DNA from: Balanoglossus misakiensis | Lineage: Eukaryota; Animalia; Hemichordata | Assembly: GCA_040954595.2 (NCBI GenBank) | Contig: CM082591.2 | Span: forward strand, 5,735,009-5,799,008 | Direction: 5' to 3' | Length of the DNA: 64,000 nucleotides | Made by a program: the position numbers and the translations under genes | Shown: positions 15,294 to 30,200 of the stretch, piece after piece | How the letters are laid out: every line of letters begins with the position of its first letter | How positions within the stretch are numbered: position 1 is the first letter of the stretch | Notes under the pieces: generated by a model | Told to the model about the DNA's origin: nothing | The model's input: the letters and a program-made list of their open reading frames with translations, nothing else | Database searches by the model: none

Positions 15294-15689
15294 GGTCACG
15301 TGACAGCGCCGGGGTCTCTCGGCGCTGTAAGTAACCGGATCCCAGCAGAGAACACCGACCTCGCTTGTGTAGCTGTGTTTCCGTCCAGAGTTTTACCTGA
15401 AAGGCGATACGCCACCGCCCGCTGGCAGAGAGAGTTGACCGTTGCTTTTCTAACCTCCCGGTCTCTGTGTTTCCCCCCGGCTCCTGTTCTTTACACGATC
15501 ACTTGCCCCCGGTCGGTCCATCATTGTCGTCGCGCGGTCTGCGTTACAACTGCCACTGTCGCCTACGCCGCACAACGCTGCCCATTCATGCGGGCACCAT
15601 CCACCCCCGACCCGTTGCCACGAGATAGTCGAGAACGAAAGCGGAGACACTCAAATTATACCTGGCCAAACTTGAAGTACGGGGTAAGT
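15294..15689 (+). promoter_or_regulatory. Candidate distal promoter/5'UTR exon, possibly of RASSF10-like gene
   Basis: GGTCACGTGAC E-box, CpG-rich 390-bp stretch, strong donor GGG|GTAAGT at 15684. The RASSF ATG is preceded by an acceptor at 23887 that needs an upstream donor. Confidence 0.3.
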
Positions 15690-17139
15690 TTACAAAACTA
15701 AACAAACGATCGCAAAAAGATGATTTGCGGCGAGATACACGCGATGTATGATGACGTGTCTGCTTCAGGGCCATAGCCCTCCGATTAGAGCAAGTCCGTT
15801 CGATTAATTTTCGGAGCTTCAAAGCTCAATCACAGCAGTATTCAGATGAAATATCATAGTTTCAATCACCGTGCATTGTATCCTCATTGTAGTTCAACAT
15901 AGCGGTACTCTTTGCCGCTTAGATATGTGGGCAGATATCTTGACTGGTTTGCGAGGATTCCTGACATGTGAAGGACACGTTATCTGTCCTGCAGATAACG
16001 ACACATTACAAATATATTAAAGTAGAAATGGTTGACTCGTACAAAGCACGCGTTATCAACATTTTCGTAATACAGCATCTGCGTACATTTCGACAAGATA
16101 AGTGGTTTGATGACGTATGGGACTACGATATGTATACACATGTACGTACAGAGGAATATCGATATGATCGGGGTATTTAAATTCTAGGCCTTTGATCTCA
16201 GACCTCTGCTTCATATCAAAGAGTTATCTCCGTCGTACATCGGATGAAAAAATCTGTAGTTCGGGATGGAAGGGGAATTACTCATCTTCTATCGTTGCCT
16301 TGGTTACCAATCGCGCTGTCGAATCACGAGAATTTGGATAAGTAAACGTTTTGCGCCATCTCGGCCTCCATTGTCTTGTTTTGTGTATTACTATGGCTTC
16401 GAGTAATACACATACATGTACCTCCGTGACTTCTTTCGCGGAGCAAAATACACTGTGCTATGTCAATCACCATTTTCACCGGATGGTGTTGCAACTGATA
16501 CCCACAAAAGGGGAGAAAGCTGGTGCTATTTTTGGTTATTTTTATTTCATGTAGGCACAGTCCTGTGATAGAGGGACTGTGATGTAGGTTAACGTGGTTG
16601 TTTTGTTTACTGAACGTGCCGATTCGTCGGTCGTTACAGCTCTAGTTCTCCACTGCATGGTTGGTGACTGTGTACCTTATAAGCGGCACTCCTGTTTTGA
16701 AAGAGGGTGTGACATCGTAGATTGTAGCCTCAGATTATCGCCGGCTCTCTTTCCCGTTTTGATTTCTCTTCGACGGCAACACACGGAACATATAAGCCCC
16801 CCCCCCCCCCCTTGACCGGTACAGCGCGCAGAGTTGAATCTGACCGCGCCAGCGTAATTCAAAATGGGCGCTTCTTTTTGTTGTAAGCCTAGGCTTCGAT
16901 GGATTATATGAACCTACTGAGAAAGTTTAAGATATATTGCAAAGCAGGAGCGCTGCTCAATTTAAAGCCTCCGTGGTACAGGACTTATTTCTAGTTCAAT
17001 GTCCATTCATTTTGTATCCACATGTAGAATAACATAAACGTTGTTTTGTCCCTTTAAGACCAATTTCTGGTACTTCTCAGGACAGTGCAATGCAAGTGTA
17101 CACAGCTGAGAGTGTGCGTAGAGTTCTGGTATATACAGT

Positions 17140-17197
17140 TTCATTCATTCATTCATTCATTCATTCATTCATTCATTCATTCATTCATTCATTCATT
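17140..17197. repeat. (TTCA)n microsatellite
   Basis: Direct reading. Confidence 0.97.
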
Positions 17198-20100
17198 CGC
17201 GTGACAGTGATTAAGAAAATGCCCACAATGTAACCCGTGCTGATTTTATGATACCTAACAATGCTATTCGGACGAAGAACACAAATAATCCTACGTCAAT
17301 TAAAACGAAATCAAATCACTAACAGATAATGACTTGCTTGACCCATTTAATTCAACTCGAACAAAGTCATAACAACAGGTATTGTTAAGCACCAGCTCCG
17401 ATCAATTGACCATGACGTATATCAAGTGTTACCCATTTGCTATTGTGTCATATGGATTAAATCTGTATAGATTTTTTCATTAGTGTGGAGCGTAAACACG
17501 TTCATTAACCGTTTCTGTTACATTTATTGGCATATGTCACATGTATTGGGGGGTATATTGTTCACTCATACAAAGACCCTGCTCCACAACGCCGCAGAGT
17601 GTGCGGCAGATTGCAGGAAGACAGATATTGATTTTTGTCAATTTCCTGAGTTTTGTCCGTCATCTGCGTGTAATCTCATCGTCGTTCCGTTTAATCGCAC
17701 AAAAGACCGTTAAAGTTCAATTACACGGAAAGATATTTGTTTTTCCTTGACAGTGCGCGTGCGTTGGCTATGTGGTTTGTCACGCGGGTTATTAAGCCGA
17801 GAGTTTCTTTAATAAACGGGGCACTGTATAGCTCTGCGTTCAGGCCTGTGTAGAGACCGTGTAACGCCAGGAGCACACAGACCTGTACGCAGAGCTATAG
17901 ACACTGTACTACACCACTGTACGGGGTTGAAACGAATAGTTTGCTTGGTAGATTGGGTGAGGAGGGGGTTCTATGACTATGGGTTAGCACAGAGCGTGTG
18001 GCGAGTAATAAATATAGATAATGTGATCAGACACAGGCTTGGGGTTCTATTGCAAAATACCTTATTACATGCAATGCTTGGGCTGAGGATATTTCAGTTC
18101 AGTCCCGCTGTGCCTCTAATGACAGTTCAGGTCTGTATTAACTTTGCAGACCAGCCGATAGACCTGCCAATCCGGCAACGACTAAAACCTAGCCTGGACG
18201 TCGACTCTCTGGGGACACCAGTCCAGTCCAGGTTTTAGGCGTCCCCTAAAATATTAATCAAGACTGTCTGACACTGGTGATGTGGTCGTTCGACACCATA
18301 GCGAATGCGTGTCACATGATCACGCAAACGGTCGTTCCGTCAATAAAACTTTGCAGGCGTTCACGTTAAATTATGTAATATACCTGTACTGCTCATTGCA
18401 TAAGATGGAAATTCTCAACGACATTGTGTAATTAATAAGCCAAAGTTTAATGACCAGACAACAAGCATTGGAAGGAAAAAACATGAATGGCAAAATACAA
18501 CACGTGATAAAATAACTGAGGTATCATATTAATCACTGTTTTCTGTTATTTTTCACATTGTGTTAAATAATCGACAAACTGATTTTGCGGTGTAAGGCTA
18601 TGCGCTTGCTTCCACGGTTACTAATATATTCTGATGCATGAACCGAAATACCCTTGACCGTGTCCAAATGGTTCAAATGACTCACAAGCTGAATATGCGA
18701 ATGGAATCTCGCTTTAAAAATCGGTATGTCGCCCACGAAAAATGTCTCCATCTTCTTCACGGGTGGCATGACAGCTGACATCTCACATATGACTATAGGA
18801 TATCTATTGTATTCCAGGTATCTCGATCAGATACGTTTCAATAACCGTCCCTTGAGGATGCGTGCTCTATCAAGCATGAGAATCGATACCTGTACATAAC
18901 CGAGCTAATGTCAAAGATAGCTGATTAATGAAAACATATACTCTGTACGTGCACCCACATCCACACCGACCCCCCCCCCCCCCCACACACACACACACGC
19001 ATGAAATCAACCATCTGTTGAAGGGACCGTGTCAAAACTGTTTGTACGTTTTCATAACGTCACTGTGTTAACTTGGCAACCGATGTGTTGTAGGAAATTT
19101 GAGCGTGAACAACAGTTCATATGACGATATTTCAGCATTTGATAGAAGGCTTTTATATCCAATTTGTGCTTCGGACAGTCATGTTCATCCAAATTTGGCG
19201 CACTTGTAGGTCGTGGTCACAAAAATGATCAGCTGGTTCTCATCAAACTGAACCATGACCCCTAAATCATTTTACAAGTGAGGATGAGCTATATGTAGCG
19301 ATAAACCTTGAAATGGCGACGGGATTCCCTAGAACGTCTCTTGTCTGTAAATGGTAATGGCGCAAATAGAAATAATTAGGTGTGAACTACGCGTGAACTC
19401 GTAGCGGGGCATGTTTACGGAGACAGAGATCTCAAAATATCACGATAACCCTGCAATGCTCTGTAGACGTGTTAATTGGCAATTACATGTACGTGAGTGG
19501 GATTTTGTTTTCTTAGTGATGTCAAACCACCCACCATCAGAACTGTGGATCCAGAATGGCCAGGAAAGTACCGGGGGTCGTGCAGTTGGCACCTTGGAAT
19601 CTCGAAAGTTTCCTGCTAGGGTAGTAAAGCTTGTTGTCGATTGTCCATAGCTGGCGCTGTGATACAGTTGCGAATTTAAATACTGCAAGGTGTCGCGTCG
19701 TTTAGCGCGCGCTTTTATAGGCGGTCGTTCCTTTATGACATCACATCAGGATATTTTTGTGTGTTTTAAAATGCATTGGCATTCTTCTGCGCACACGATG
19801 GACTATTTAATGTCAAAGCTGTTCTCCCACACCCATTTGAGACAAAACACTCAAAACACTCCCCTATGTCTCATAATAAGTTTTGACCAATACCAGAAAT
19901 TGCAATGGGAGTACGCACATATTATGCAGATACGTGTGGTTGTGAGTTAGACTGTGTCAACAACCAATGATTCTGCATATTTCAGTGTGTAAAACAACGT
20001 CGATTACTTCTCAAGAGATGTAAAGAAATAAGTTGACCTAGTGTATGCTAAAAAAGTGGCGACTTTGTCCCAGATTATTCATAGTGAGATGATGCATTTG

Positions 20101-23100
20101 ATTGTGATTGGATAAATGTATCATAATGAGAACAAAATGAAATGTCAAAATAAAATGAAAATAATTCATCATATAGAATGTGAGACTATCGAATACTGTG
20201 TGCTTTGTTACATTTGTACACGGACAGGGAGAAATGCTTGTACAGTGTCACCCGTTCAGATAACATAAAATCCTTGCCTCCATTTTACGTTCGCCAGATA
20301 CTATTATGAAACATAACACGACTTGATTCAAAACTGAAGTTAATGAAGCATTTCTTACAAGAGACAGATGTTGAGTTCCTTCCATTCCGTGTGTAAATTT
20401 ATCTCCAGGTATTTCTTTATTCAAAACACATCGGGAATGTTCCAAAAAAAATCGTATGGCGTGGTTGCGTCAGATAATATTCCGATGTGTCTATATATTG
20501 CCTTCGGAGTTGTCAACCTTTACACGTAATGCAACGCCCAGACCACACACCAAACAACGCGCCTCTAGCAAACTGAGAAAGATCGTGCTGTGAGCTTCCA
20601 ATCTTTTCTGGCGCAGAGATTAATCATTTTAAAGGCCCTTCTCAACAGTGGGTCAAATCTTTTGTTTCCAATAAACAGTTACGTGCTAACACAAAGGATT
20701 TCTTATTTGCCTTTATTGTTCTGCCCTGGGATCGAGAAAATGGCCTTTAAGTTTGTACTCTCTTCAATCAAATTGTGTGTTTATCTGAATTTACTGTTAC
20801 ATGTCTGAAATCGTGGCTAACAAAATGTAGTTAAAGCACGACTCATTCGAAAGCCCCCCTTTTCCTGGAAAACATTACAGCTTTCCGAGTGATTTCCAAA
20901 ACGGCGGCTTCAGTTTATGTAAGCTGCGCAGGCGTCGTAACAGTATAAGGTTCAGGCAGCAAGAAAATATTGCCGCGCTGCTGATCATTTCTGGACGATG
21001 ACTCGTGCTGCTCAATTCCCCCCAGGCTGTAGACGGATTGGTATTCAAATAAAAAATGATTGACATTGGCTAGCAATGGATTAGGATTCGGAGTCACTTC
21101 ATCAAGGCGTTCCTTTTGAGTTCGCGTTGCCCCGACCCCTGTGGGTTTCAAATAAATAGCACCTACTTGTGTCGCGATACCTGATCTCCCTTTTCAAGGG
21201 GGTGTCTCTTCTGTATCTGCTTCTAGACAATTCACATGTTACCACTTAAGACGGTCCCACGTCTGCGAACCCCGCGGCGCCATTGACGCTTTCTGCCGTC
21301 GGTTTCTCACGCGTATTGGCGTTCTATTTTCGGCAGCGGAGCACATGTTGTGGGGGGAAATAAAACCGGACAAGTTGAAAACCGAAAATCGATTTTTACT
21401 AATTTGGCAAATCACTGCCTGTCATTGTGGTTGTGTGATTAGATTTAACTGTACCCGCTGCGGAAAATATTGAAGTCGTCGTATTGTGGAATCACATCGG
21501 TGAAATTTTATGTTCATCAATATTGAACATGGCACATGTTTCCTTGATGTTTTTAAACTTTAAAATAATTATAACGTTTAAAAAATACAAACAAAAGAAG
21601 CTGACTGAACCCGTCTACTGTTTTTTACCATTGTTCGGCAACAGCTTAACAGCCGGTGTAGTAAAGTCCGATGTAGGATACGGCGATGTCTTTTACTTCG
21701 CGGTACGAAGGTTTTACGCGGTATGGTATTCTTATGCTGTCGCGTAAGTAAAAGACGTCGCCGTACCCTACATCTGATTCTAATAAAATTGCCTTCACGC
21801 CAACGCGTTGTAGCAAGACAACTAATCAGCACCGTATTGTTTTCGACACCCCCAATAAAACTGTTGATACTTCGCACATATTTGCCACCTTCTCTGAAGT
21901 GACTGGTATCAAACAGTGTCAATGTTGTTACCATAAAAAAGACGCATTGTTTGTTCTCGGTAAGGTCAATCGGTTGGTGTTCTGCGTACGCAGCTGCGCT
22001 ACAACTCGAGTGTCCCTTACGTAACATGTCGTTTTAAGAATAGAAGTTCCCGGAGCTGTAAAAATTACGGCGTAGTGTTCGTTACGCTTTTGAAATGTTT
22101 ATAGACTGTAAATGTATATATATAGAGAGAGGGGGCTAGGTACATAGATCAAAACAACCGGCGTATCTGGTTAGACCTGAAGTGCAGAATCCAATCCCTT
22201 GTAGGAATTCTTGTCCAACGGACGCTAATCGACCAGTGTGTTCTGTTTATCTGCGCTTGGACGGTGAGTTCACTTTCATACGACACTCTGTATGTTTGAA
22301 GAGAAAATTTGAACCGGTCAAAACACCTGCGGCGTAAACGAACGTGATTTGGCAGCGGATTCCAATGTTAGATTTTATTTACTAACATGCGATGTACAGC
22401 ATCTGTCACTCGAATTACAAAGTGGTTGAAAGCACATCCACTGGAACTTTGTTGTGTATACCAATGTACTGCACTTTCAGTCGTCAAAACAATCAATTTC
22501 AGTCATATTTTCGGGCAGGCAAATAGCTACTCAAAAATTAAAATTAATAACACACGGCTTCGTCGAAAACCTAATTTTCCATATACTGTACCACTAGTCC
22601 AGAATCCTGACTCGTGTGGCGGCAAACAGTTCAAGTTATAGAGTGACTGAGATATCGAACACACGTGTGTGGAGCCTAGGAAGAAAAATACACAGGTCAT
22701 GATTCTAGACTAACATGGAATTTAATATGGTAACGGAGTCGAACGCGGTTATTTTATTTCTGACAGTTGCTCTTTGACGATAGCATTCATTGAGTCGAGT
22801 ACGTGTGAATTTTAAATATGGCGGAAAAATAGTTAATAAGGTGACCGAGATGTCGACAAATAATGTTTCTTCGACAGCAACCCAGGCCAGTGTGACCGAA
22901 TATGTTCAAACCTGACGATACCATTCCCTAACAAGCTCCTAGCCACGTTGTGTGTCATTTGCCACAAGCACTGTATCGCCTATTTCTACCCTCACCTGCA
23001 GTGGTCTAGACCACAGCAACCCATTTCTATGGGGTCCAATGTAAACCATTACATCCATACAAATTGGTCAATGGAAAACTTTGAAAACCGAAGTGTGTAA

Positions 23101-23894
23101 TGTATGAGGTGGTGAAAATACCCTACAGAATTGTGTGAATACTTCTGCGTTGTTATTATCGTACACTTATTTACCCCATTCAGCCACTGTTACTAAAACT
23201 AGTCACAATAACCTTAAGTGTCCCACGCCTTGGATGTTTATAAACCATAGTGTATAAGCTTGTCAGTTGGCGCACAAATGGGACATTTTTCTTACAAGCG
23301 ATTGATGCCAAGTTTTTAATAACGCGGCAGACCGTTTTGTTACTAAACAAACTGAAAGGACATGCCGATCGACAGAGGCTTTTGAAGGTGTACTGAATGC
23401 AACAGCGAAATGGTTAGCGATTATCCGTTTATACCGCGAGTTGCGCCCGGGGCACTGTCGTTTCGCGTCACTTCAGTGCGCAAGCGTGGCATCGTTTGGA
23501 AATTTTTCCTACCCGGGGAGTTAGCACCGTCTCAAGTGTTGTTGGTAGTGCCCTGCAAGTATCGTTTTAATCCCAATAAGTGTTCCTTCGCCGAGAGTTC
23601 GGTTCTGTTCGTCAGGGTATGGGTCATCCTCGCGTCTTTGACATCGGTCTTCCACACTCACCGCTTTTTTTAAAAATGAAGTCATATGCAAATTTGTAGT
23701 CGTAGATAGACCAGCCAATCAGATTCGGTGCGCCTCACTTGACTGGAGAGAATAAAAAAGGTAAATCAGCGGGCGGACGGTCATAAGTGAAGGAATGAGC
23801 GAGCGCTTGGTTGCATATGCACTTGCGGGGCTGTGTCACGATGGATGGTACATGTAAGTGATCACCGCTTCCTCTTTGCTTTTGCAGATCAGCC

Positions 23895-25115
23895 ATGGCA
23901 GATCTGACTATCTGGATTGACGGTCGTGAGAAACGCGTATCTGGCTTGACAAAGAAGACGACGTGCTCCGATATCTTGAAGACGCTGCTACGTGCCAAGA
24001 ATATTGACCAGGACGACATGCAGAGCTTCACGATCTACGAGCGGTGGGGCGACTGCGAGCGGCCGCTCTCGCCGAGGACAAAAATCCAGAAAATCTGGAA
24101 GGCGTGGGGCAACGAGCAGGCGAATGTGAAATTCACCCTCAGGAAGACGCGGTCGTCGAAACACTGCGGGGACGGCGGCGGGAAGCTGAAGCGATCGAAT
24201 AACGAGAAACGGGAACACTACGAGGACGAGAACAGGAACAAGGTGTACCGAACAAAACACAACAAGAGTAACCACCACGCGAAAGAGGAGAAGGAATCGA
24301 AACACGTGCTGGAGACATTGGAGAGTCTGATCCACGTGGTGATAATGCAAGACCACCGCATCCAGGAACTGGTGGAGCGGATGCGACAGACGGACGAGGA
24401 GATCGAGTACTACGAGACGCGAATCCACGTCGAGAGGCAAAAGGAGAACGGGAAAAACTACGTGCAGGAATCGTACCTGACGGACGTCGAGGATGATGAC
24501 TGCGCGCCGGGAACTTCGGACAAAAGTAAAACCATCGAGGCCTACGTCACCACGTGTGAGAATCTCCTGCGACTGGACGAGGAACTCGAAAACAAGGGGA
24601 TTTTAATCGACGAATTAACGAAACAATTAGAGGAGGAGTCGCTACTGTCGATGTCGAGTTCGTCGAGCGACGGCAGCAGCTGCGCCGATGTCGAGTCGGA
24701 GAATTCGAACTGCGAGGCAGACGAGAGTTTGCGCTCGGAAGTGGACAGGCTGAGGCGGGACCTGGACAGGGGCATCCAGGTGGGGATGGAGCAGCGCAGG
24801 CAACTGCAAGAGCTGCAGCGCGAGGCGCAGCACAGAGACAATCTGCTGGCGGACAAGCGAAACCGCTTGGAGTGTGTCACGTGTGAACTGCGTCTGCTGG
24901 AGAACAGCGAGGATGATGATGACGTCAGTGACGACGACGACGACATCGCGCAGCTCCTGGACGACCGGAATGTCTTCACGACTGTAAACACTGACTTTTG
25001 CCCGAAAGACGGTAGCTATGACAACGAGTCTGACGCGGACACGGGTCTCAGTTCTATGCACAGCCAGGACGATGAGGGACCGCTGGGTTCGCCCGTTGTC
25101 GAAACTCTTGTCTGA
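23895..25115 (+). CDS. RASSF10: Ras association domain-containing protein 10/9-like (N-terminal RASSF), single coding exon, 406 aa
   Basis: N-terminal RA domain (LTIWIDGREKRVSGLTKKTTCSDILKTLL...IYERWGDCERPLSPRTKIQKIWKAWGNEQANVKFTL), coiled-coil middle, and C-terminal DTGLSSMHSQD...ETLV motif characteristic of RASSF10. Kozak GCCATGG, preceded by splice acceptor ttttgcag (23887). Confidence 0.93.
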   Translation: MADLTIWIDGREKRVSGLTKKTTCSDILKTLLRAKNIDQDDMQSFTIYERWGDCERPLSPRTKIQKIWKAWGNEQANVKFTLRKTRSSKHCGDGGGKLKRSNNEKREHYEDENRNKVYRTKHNKSNHHAKEEKESKHVLETLESLIHVVIMQDHRIQELVERMRQTDEEIEYYETRIHVERQKENGKNYVQESYLTDVEDDDCAPGTSDKSKTIEAYVTTCENLLRLDEELENKGILIDELTKQLEEESLLSMSSSSSDGSSCADVESENSNCEADESLRSEVDRLRRDLDRGIQVGMEQRRQLQELQREAQHRDNLLADKRNRLECVTCELRLLENSEDDDDVSDDDDDIAQLLDDRNVFTTVNTDFCPKDGSYDNESDADTGLSSMHSQDDEGPLGSPVVETLV

Positions 25116-26253
25116 TTATCATTGACTGTACAAATGAATCACAGTTTATCTATAAGACAGCAAATATAAAGGCGGGGTTCCCAATTGTCTTGTTCGCGTA
25201 ATAGTTGTTGCGTTAACGGGCTCCAAGCCTCAGGAACGTGCTTTTCCTCGTTATTTATGGACTAATCACCAAGGAAAAAAACAAAGTCTGAACCAGAACC
25301 CTTTTTCCTCCGAACCCTTGCAATGTTGACGTAACTATGTGTAGTTTTTATGACGTCACGGCAAATTGGTAATTAGTTCGTGCCGTTCACTAGACGTCGG
25401 CGTTTACCTGTGTCCGAATTTAACCTCAAGGTCGTCTTGACATTGTGTGTGCTCACCGCCGTGAGTAAAAAATATAACTGACAAAAGTGCAAAGTTTCAA
25501 TAGCCATGAAAGGTGTGAACTAATGATATGTATATTCTGGCGAACTCCCTTTGTTTTGCTTGCAGGTGTTAATTGCAAACCTGCAGGTATCTCTCTGTTT
25601 TACACGCCACTGCTCTCGTGACCGGCAGTAGTATATCCAGACACGGCGGCTACGCCTCACCGCTATTACCGCCACCTTCTATATATATATTACATGGTGT
25701 GTTTATCAAAACAAATATTTCATCGACCTATTTACAATAAGCCCGCGGGGTTAAGTTGCTCGGCGGCTTGTATCGCACGCAGACTGAACAATAGCCCCCG
25801 ACACCAAGACAATAGACCGTTCACATGTTTGGGGGACTTTTTTGTCAGGAATGGTGCATTGACACCCATTCTCAGTGTAGGCGTGGTGGGTTACACGCGG
25901 TGAAGGGGGCAGTTCGTCAAAGGGCTTCGTGGTGAACACAGCTGCAATGATTCGAAAGACATGCGCCCCCTACTGAGTGATATGTTACGCCAGACAGGTT
26001 CATTTGTTTCTTGCCTACCAACATGTATTTCCAGACATCACACCATCTCAGCCATTTCTCAATATTGTCATATTTGCCGACCACACGGACGTTCCCAAAG
26101 GCGGCACGGGACACACGCTTTATTCTGTATCGTTGTTTCAGTTCCTAAACCCATTTCCAGAAAATAATTAATTTCAAAACATTGCCTCATATCATCGAAT
26201 GCATCGCAAGACGTGTATGAGTGGGGGTGGTCATAAACCGCGGTGTATAATTA

Positions 26254-26352
26254 GGGCCTGGTCAGAAGAATTAACAGGGGGAGGCCGGTGCGTGATCATT
26301 CAAAACATGGATGCATGAAAAATCCCGCCCCTTGTTAATTCTGACCAGGCCC
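26254..26352. mobile_element. Tourist/PIF-Harbinger-like MITE
   Basis: TTA|GGGCCTGGTCAGAA...TTCTGACCAGGCCC|TTA; 3-bp TSD. Confidence 0.8.
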
Positions 26353-26721
26353 TTAGTATAGTCAATGTACGATTTGTTCCAGCGAAATGCCAACCATGTA
26401 TAAGTTGCAACTCTCCACTTTCCAATGACTCAGTTACAACAAAACTCGGCATACCACAACGTCATTTTGATGTACGTCTTGTCTATTATATTCACAATAT
26501 ATTATATTAATAATTATTATTACCTTTTACTGAGTATCAGTGTCAAAGACTGTCAACTAGTCTTTGAAAGTTTGATTGTATTACTCATATTATTTTATTT
26601 GTCTGTAAACGTAAATATTTTTTAAATAACAACGTATCCATCGTATGCGTTTTTTCTTCTTTCTGCACAGTTTTAACGAACCTTTCCTGGCCTGTCAAAT
26701 CTTTTATTTCGGTTCTGTAGC

Positions 26722-26904
26722 TTAAAGGTACACAGTCACCTCCAATTTACATACGCCCATATATGGCTGAAATGGCGCATTTGAGCGTTCTAAAGAACAT
26801 ATGGTGGCGCTCTTTTTTTCGCGTGTGCCACCCACTGATTGGCTAGATCTCAAGTTTACCATGGTAACTGTAGCTAATTTCCATAGGTGACCGTATACCT
26901 TTAA
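26722..26904. mobile_element. MITE family A copy
   Basis: Same TIRs and TTAA TSD; small internal deletions. Confidence 0.85.
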
Positions 26905-27204
26905 TGTGGCGTGCAGAATCTCGGAATGTTACAATTTTCATGCATCTAATGCAGACCCGTGAACATACTGATTTCACAATAAAGAAATTGAAAGATCCCA
27001 GACTTTCCTCTGTATGGGTTATGTATAATTTTAAAGGAAAAATCAACTTAGTTTTTCACGAAACGAATATGTCGGAGATATTCTGTCATTTGACTACGAA
27101 GTCACGTGGCTGGGTACGTCTTCAATAAAGAGTGAATTGTAAGATTCATTTCTACACTAAACATTGTTGTGTATCTGATTTTCAGTGTGATTATCTTTCT
27201 GTCG

Positions 27205-27207
<3 letters not shown>

Positions 27208-27242
<35 letters not shown>

Positions 27243-27261
27243 TCTCTGTCTCCCTCTCTCT
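27208..27261. repeat. (CT)n microsatellite
   Basis: Direct reading. Confidence 0.95.
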
Positions 27262-30200
27262 GGGAGGGGGTCATCAACTATCACTCACTCTTCAGATACA
27301 GCAGTCGCGGTTTCCCAGATCTCCATCTTTACACTTCCGACACTAATCTAGTTTACTGATGACAACTACTTGACTTATTTGAGGTTGAACCGTTAGTCGA
27401 AGGTGGCGAATCATGTAACCTCTGACCTTCTCAGGTTAGCGTGGAGGCCATGCAAGGTTAGGTCAACAATAACACTGTGACCTCGCCACACGCTGTGATG
27501 TAAGCAAACTTTGGTCTGACGTCAGCCAAGGTTCCGACAATCTTATTGATAAGGCACACTGGTGCTAAAGGTCCCCCTGGCCAAAATTTAATAATGCCGC
27601 ATGCTTCTGCCCTGTGCATTGGCTATGAGACCTTTACTTCTATACGGCCAACATCAAAGAGACGACTGATATTATAATCGTGCTGAAATGAATAATCGCG
27701 ACTTTCTTCAGTTACACTGGCCACCAGCAACGAGAACTTGCAATTACAGTTCACGGATTTAGTTTCTCTCCGCCCGTGGCCATTTTCTCTTGGGCTTATA
27801 ACAATCTGCCGCGTGCGTGCTGCACTGCAGGTATATGAACAAATGATGTTGATTGGATCTGGTTGCGCACTATCCATTAAGGAAATGGCGGTATCTTACG
27901 GAAAACGGATACTTTCTTTGACGAGGAAAAGAAAATGGGGTGATTACTTTCTTGTTTCATAAAAAATACATTTCTATGTAAAATCAACAGAGATTGGCGG
28001 CCATTTTGAAGTTAAATTTTGAGACAATTTAGCTCTCTTATTCATAATTTTTAAAAAAGATGTACTCTCGTGAAGAAGTTTTGACGCGATGTAAGAATTA
28101 TTTTTGAATGCCTGGGATTATTTTATACGAGAATAAAACAGAGCTCTTTCTTGGAGCAGTTTTTGGTATAAATTTCAAGACAGGCCGGTGATACCTCATT
28201 TGATTACAAGTTCTGGTACTAGTATCTCAAATTAAAAATATACAAAGGGTTCCGTTTCACACTGAATTTAAATTGACTTTTTTACAACCGTTGTGTAACG
28301 TTTTGTTTGGAAGTAGTTTTGTTACGAGTATCTATGGTGGTTTGACGATATTTTCGCGGGAAATATGAAAAGCTAGGTGTCCCCTTGTTTGGACGGGAAA
28401 ATTTTCATTCTTTTCATGAAAACTTTTGAAGATTATATATCATCATTCTGTTTTATAATAATTCAATTAAAACTCGAGTTTAAATGTATATACATGAAAA
28501 GGGATCGTATTTTGATCTGTATAAATAGTACATAAAGGTAGCTATCAAACAAGGGAAACGACTGAAGTTATGCACAGTTTCTAGTTGGTATTTATGGCGT
28601 ATATGTAGTGTAACGTAGGAGAAGTTTGCTGTTGTTTTGTGACCAGGTGTGTTTTCGCTTACTTTCGTAATTTGAATATTTGCGTGACCAGGTGTGGTGC
28701 ATTCATTATTTTCCCCATATAAAAAGCCCGCAGGGTGTGTTGCGGCGTAGCTACTAATTTGGACTTGCCCGTGTGAGCTGTTCTGTTCCTCGCCGGCTTG
28801 GAAGCCGTCTTGTTTCATGCTGCCCTCGTCTGGAAACCGCGCCCAGAAGTCATGCTACCTCATAGGGGGAATTCGTCCGAAAGCCGTGCCGTCTACCGGG
28901 GAATTGTGCCAGAACGCTACTCGGACTGGACGTCGTTGTTGGGACTGCACGTCGCTGTTGGGACTGCCAGCGTGCCGTAACAGTAGACAATACTGTTTGG
29001 CCTATAGTTCAATCTGTATTGCTTCACGCGATATATGGTAACAAATTTTAACCTATGTGATAATCTGTGGACAAATTAAAGCATAATGTATCTCGTGTAT
29101 GGAACAACATTATTGACATCCAATGTTAAATGTGGTGGCGGCGCCGTCTGGAATTCGTGATAAATATACGCGGACTACGGTATCGACAATGCCCATTGTT
29201 CAACGGTTGACGCAGCCATGCGACTGACATGACAGCGCTCTGTCAATCTACCTTGAACTGACAGCAATGTCACTTCGGACATGTATGTGACACGAGACAC
29301 AAGGCGAGAGGTGCGTCAAGTCCGTCAAGTCACTGCCTAACACCCTGCTGGGCTGTCCGTCTCCCCGAAGGGTACTTTCACAAATCCCCGTTGACGACAC
29401 GGCCTCCGTGGGAGACACTTGTTTGTTCGTGTCGTTGCAAAGGAATTTCGTGGCGTGCTTTCACCATGTTCACTGCATTGAAGACGCGCCAACAAAGCTG
29501 CACATAATTATCTTGTCGCAGGATGTTCGCGTCAACTCAAATTGACACCAGCGAATACTTGAAGTCACATGTCAATCATTGTAATTGACAGGTCTTGATA
29601 TCCGACGCACGAGCGCGACAATTGACAGCGTGTATGGATCGCGCATTCAATGACGCGATTGTTCGTTTGCTTTTCGCGCCGTTACCACCGTCCCAAGCAA
29701 TACAGAGGTATTTACAAAATCAAATATCTTCTAGCTATCTTGTGTGAAGTTTTGCCATGCAGCCTGATATTTTTTGTAACTTACAAGAATAAAAAGTCTG
29801 GAGTCGCTGCATATATATAATTAGTCAAGTTTGTACGATAAACTTTACCTGTTTCTTCAGAAATGTCAGCTTATGTACAAAGTGGCTTACTTGGAAAGGA
29901 AATCCGACCACCCGCTTTGATTTCAGTGGCTAACATGTTAATATAAGACTCGTGTATTCGTGTTATCGACACAAAATAAACTGAACCAGACACTCTGTCA
30001 ATAAATGGTGTTAACTTCCACACTCGTTTATTCGAACAATAGGCCTGTTCGAACAATATCGGAACTCACTCTGGTTCTCTCCCTGTTCATGTCACTATCT
30101 GTCTGTCTGTCTGTCTCTGTCTGTCTGCGTGTACATTTGTAACATATCATAATGCATGAATGGAAACATTACAAGTATGGTATTCTTTCAGTAAACGTTA

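Noticed and set aside
23988-25061. Antisense ORFs of 139-150 aa
   Set aside because: Shadows of the GC-rich RASSF coding strand.
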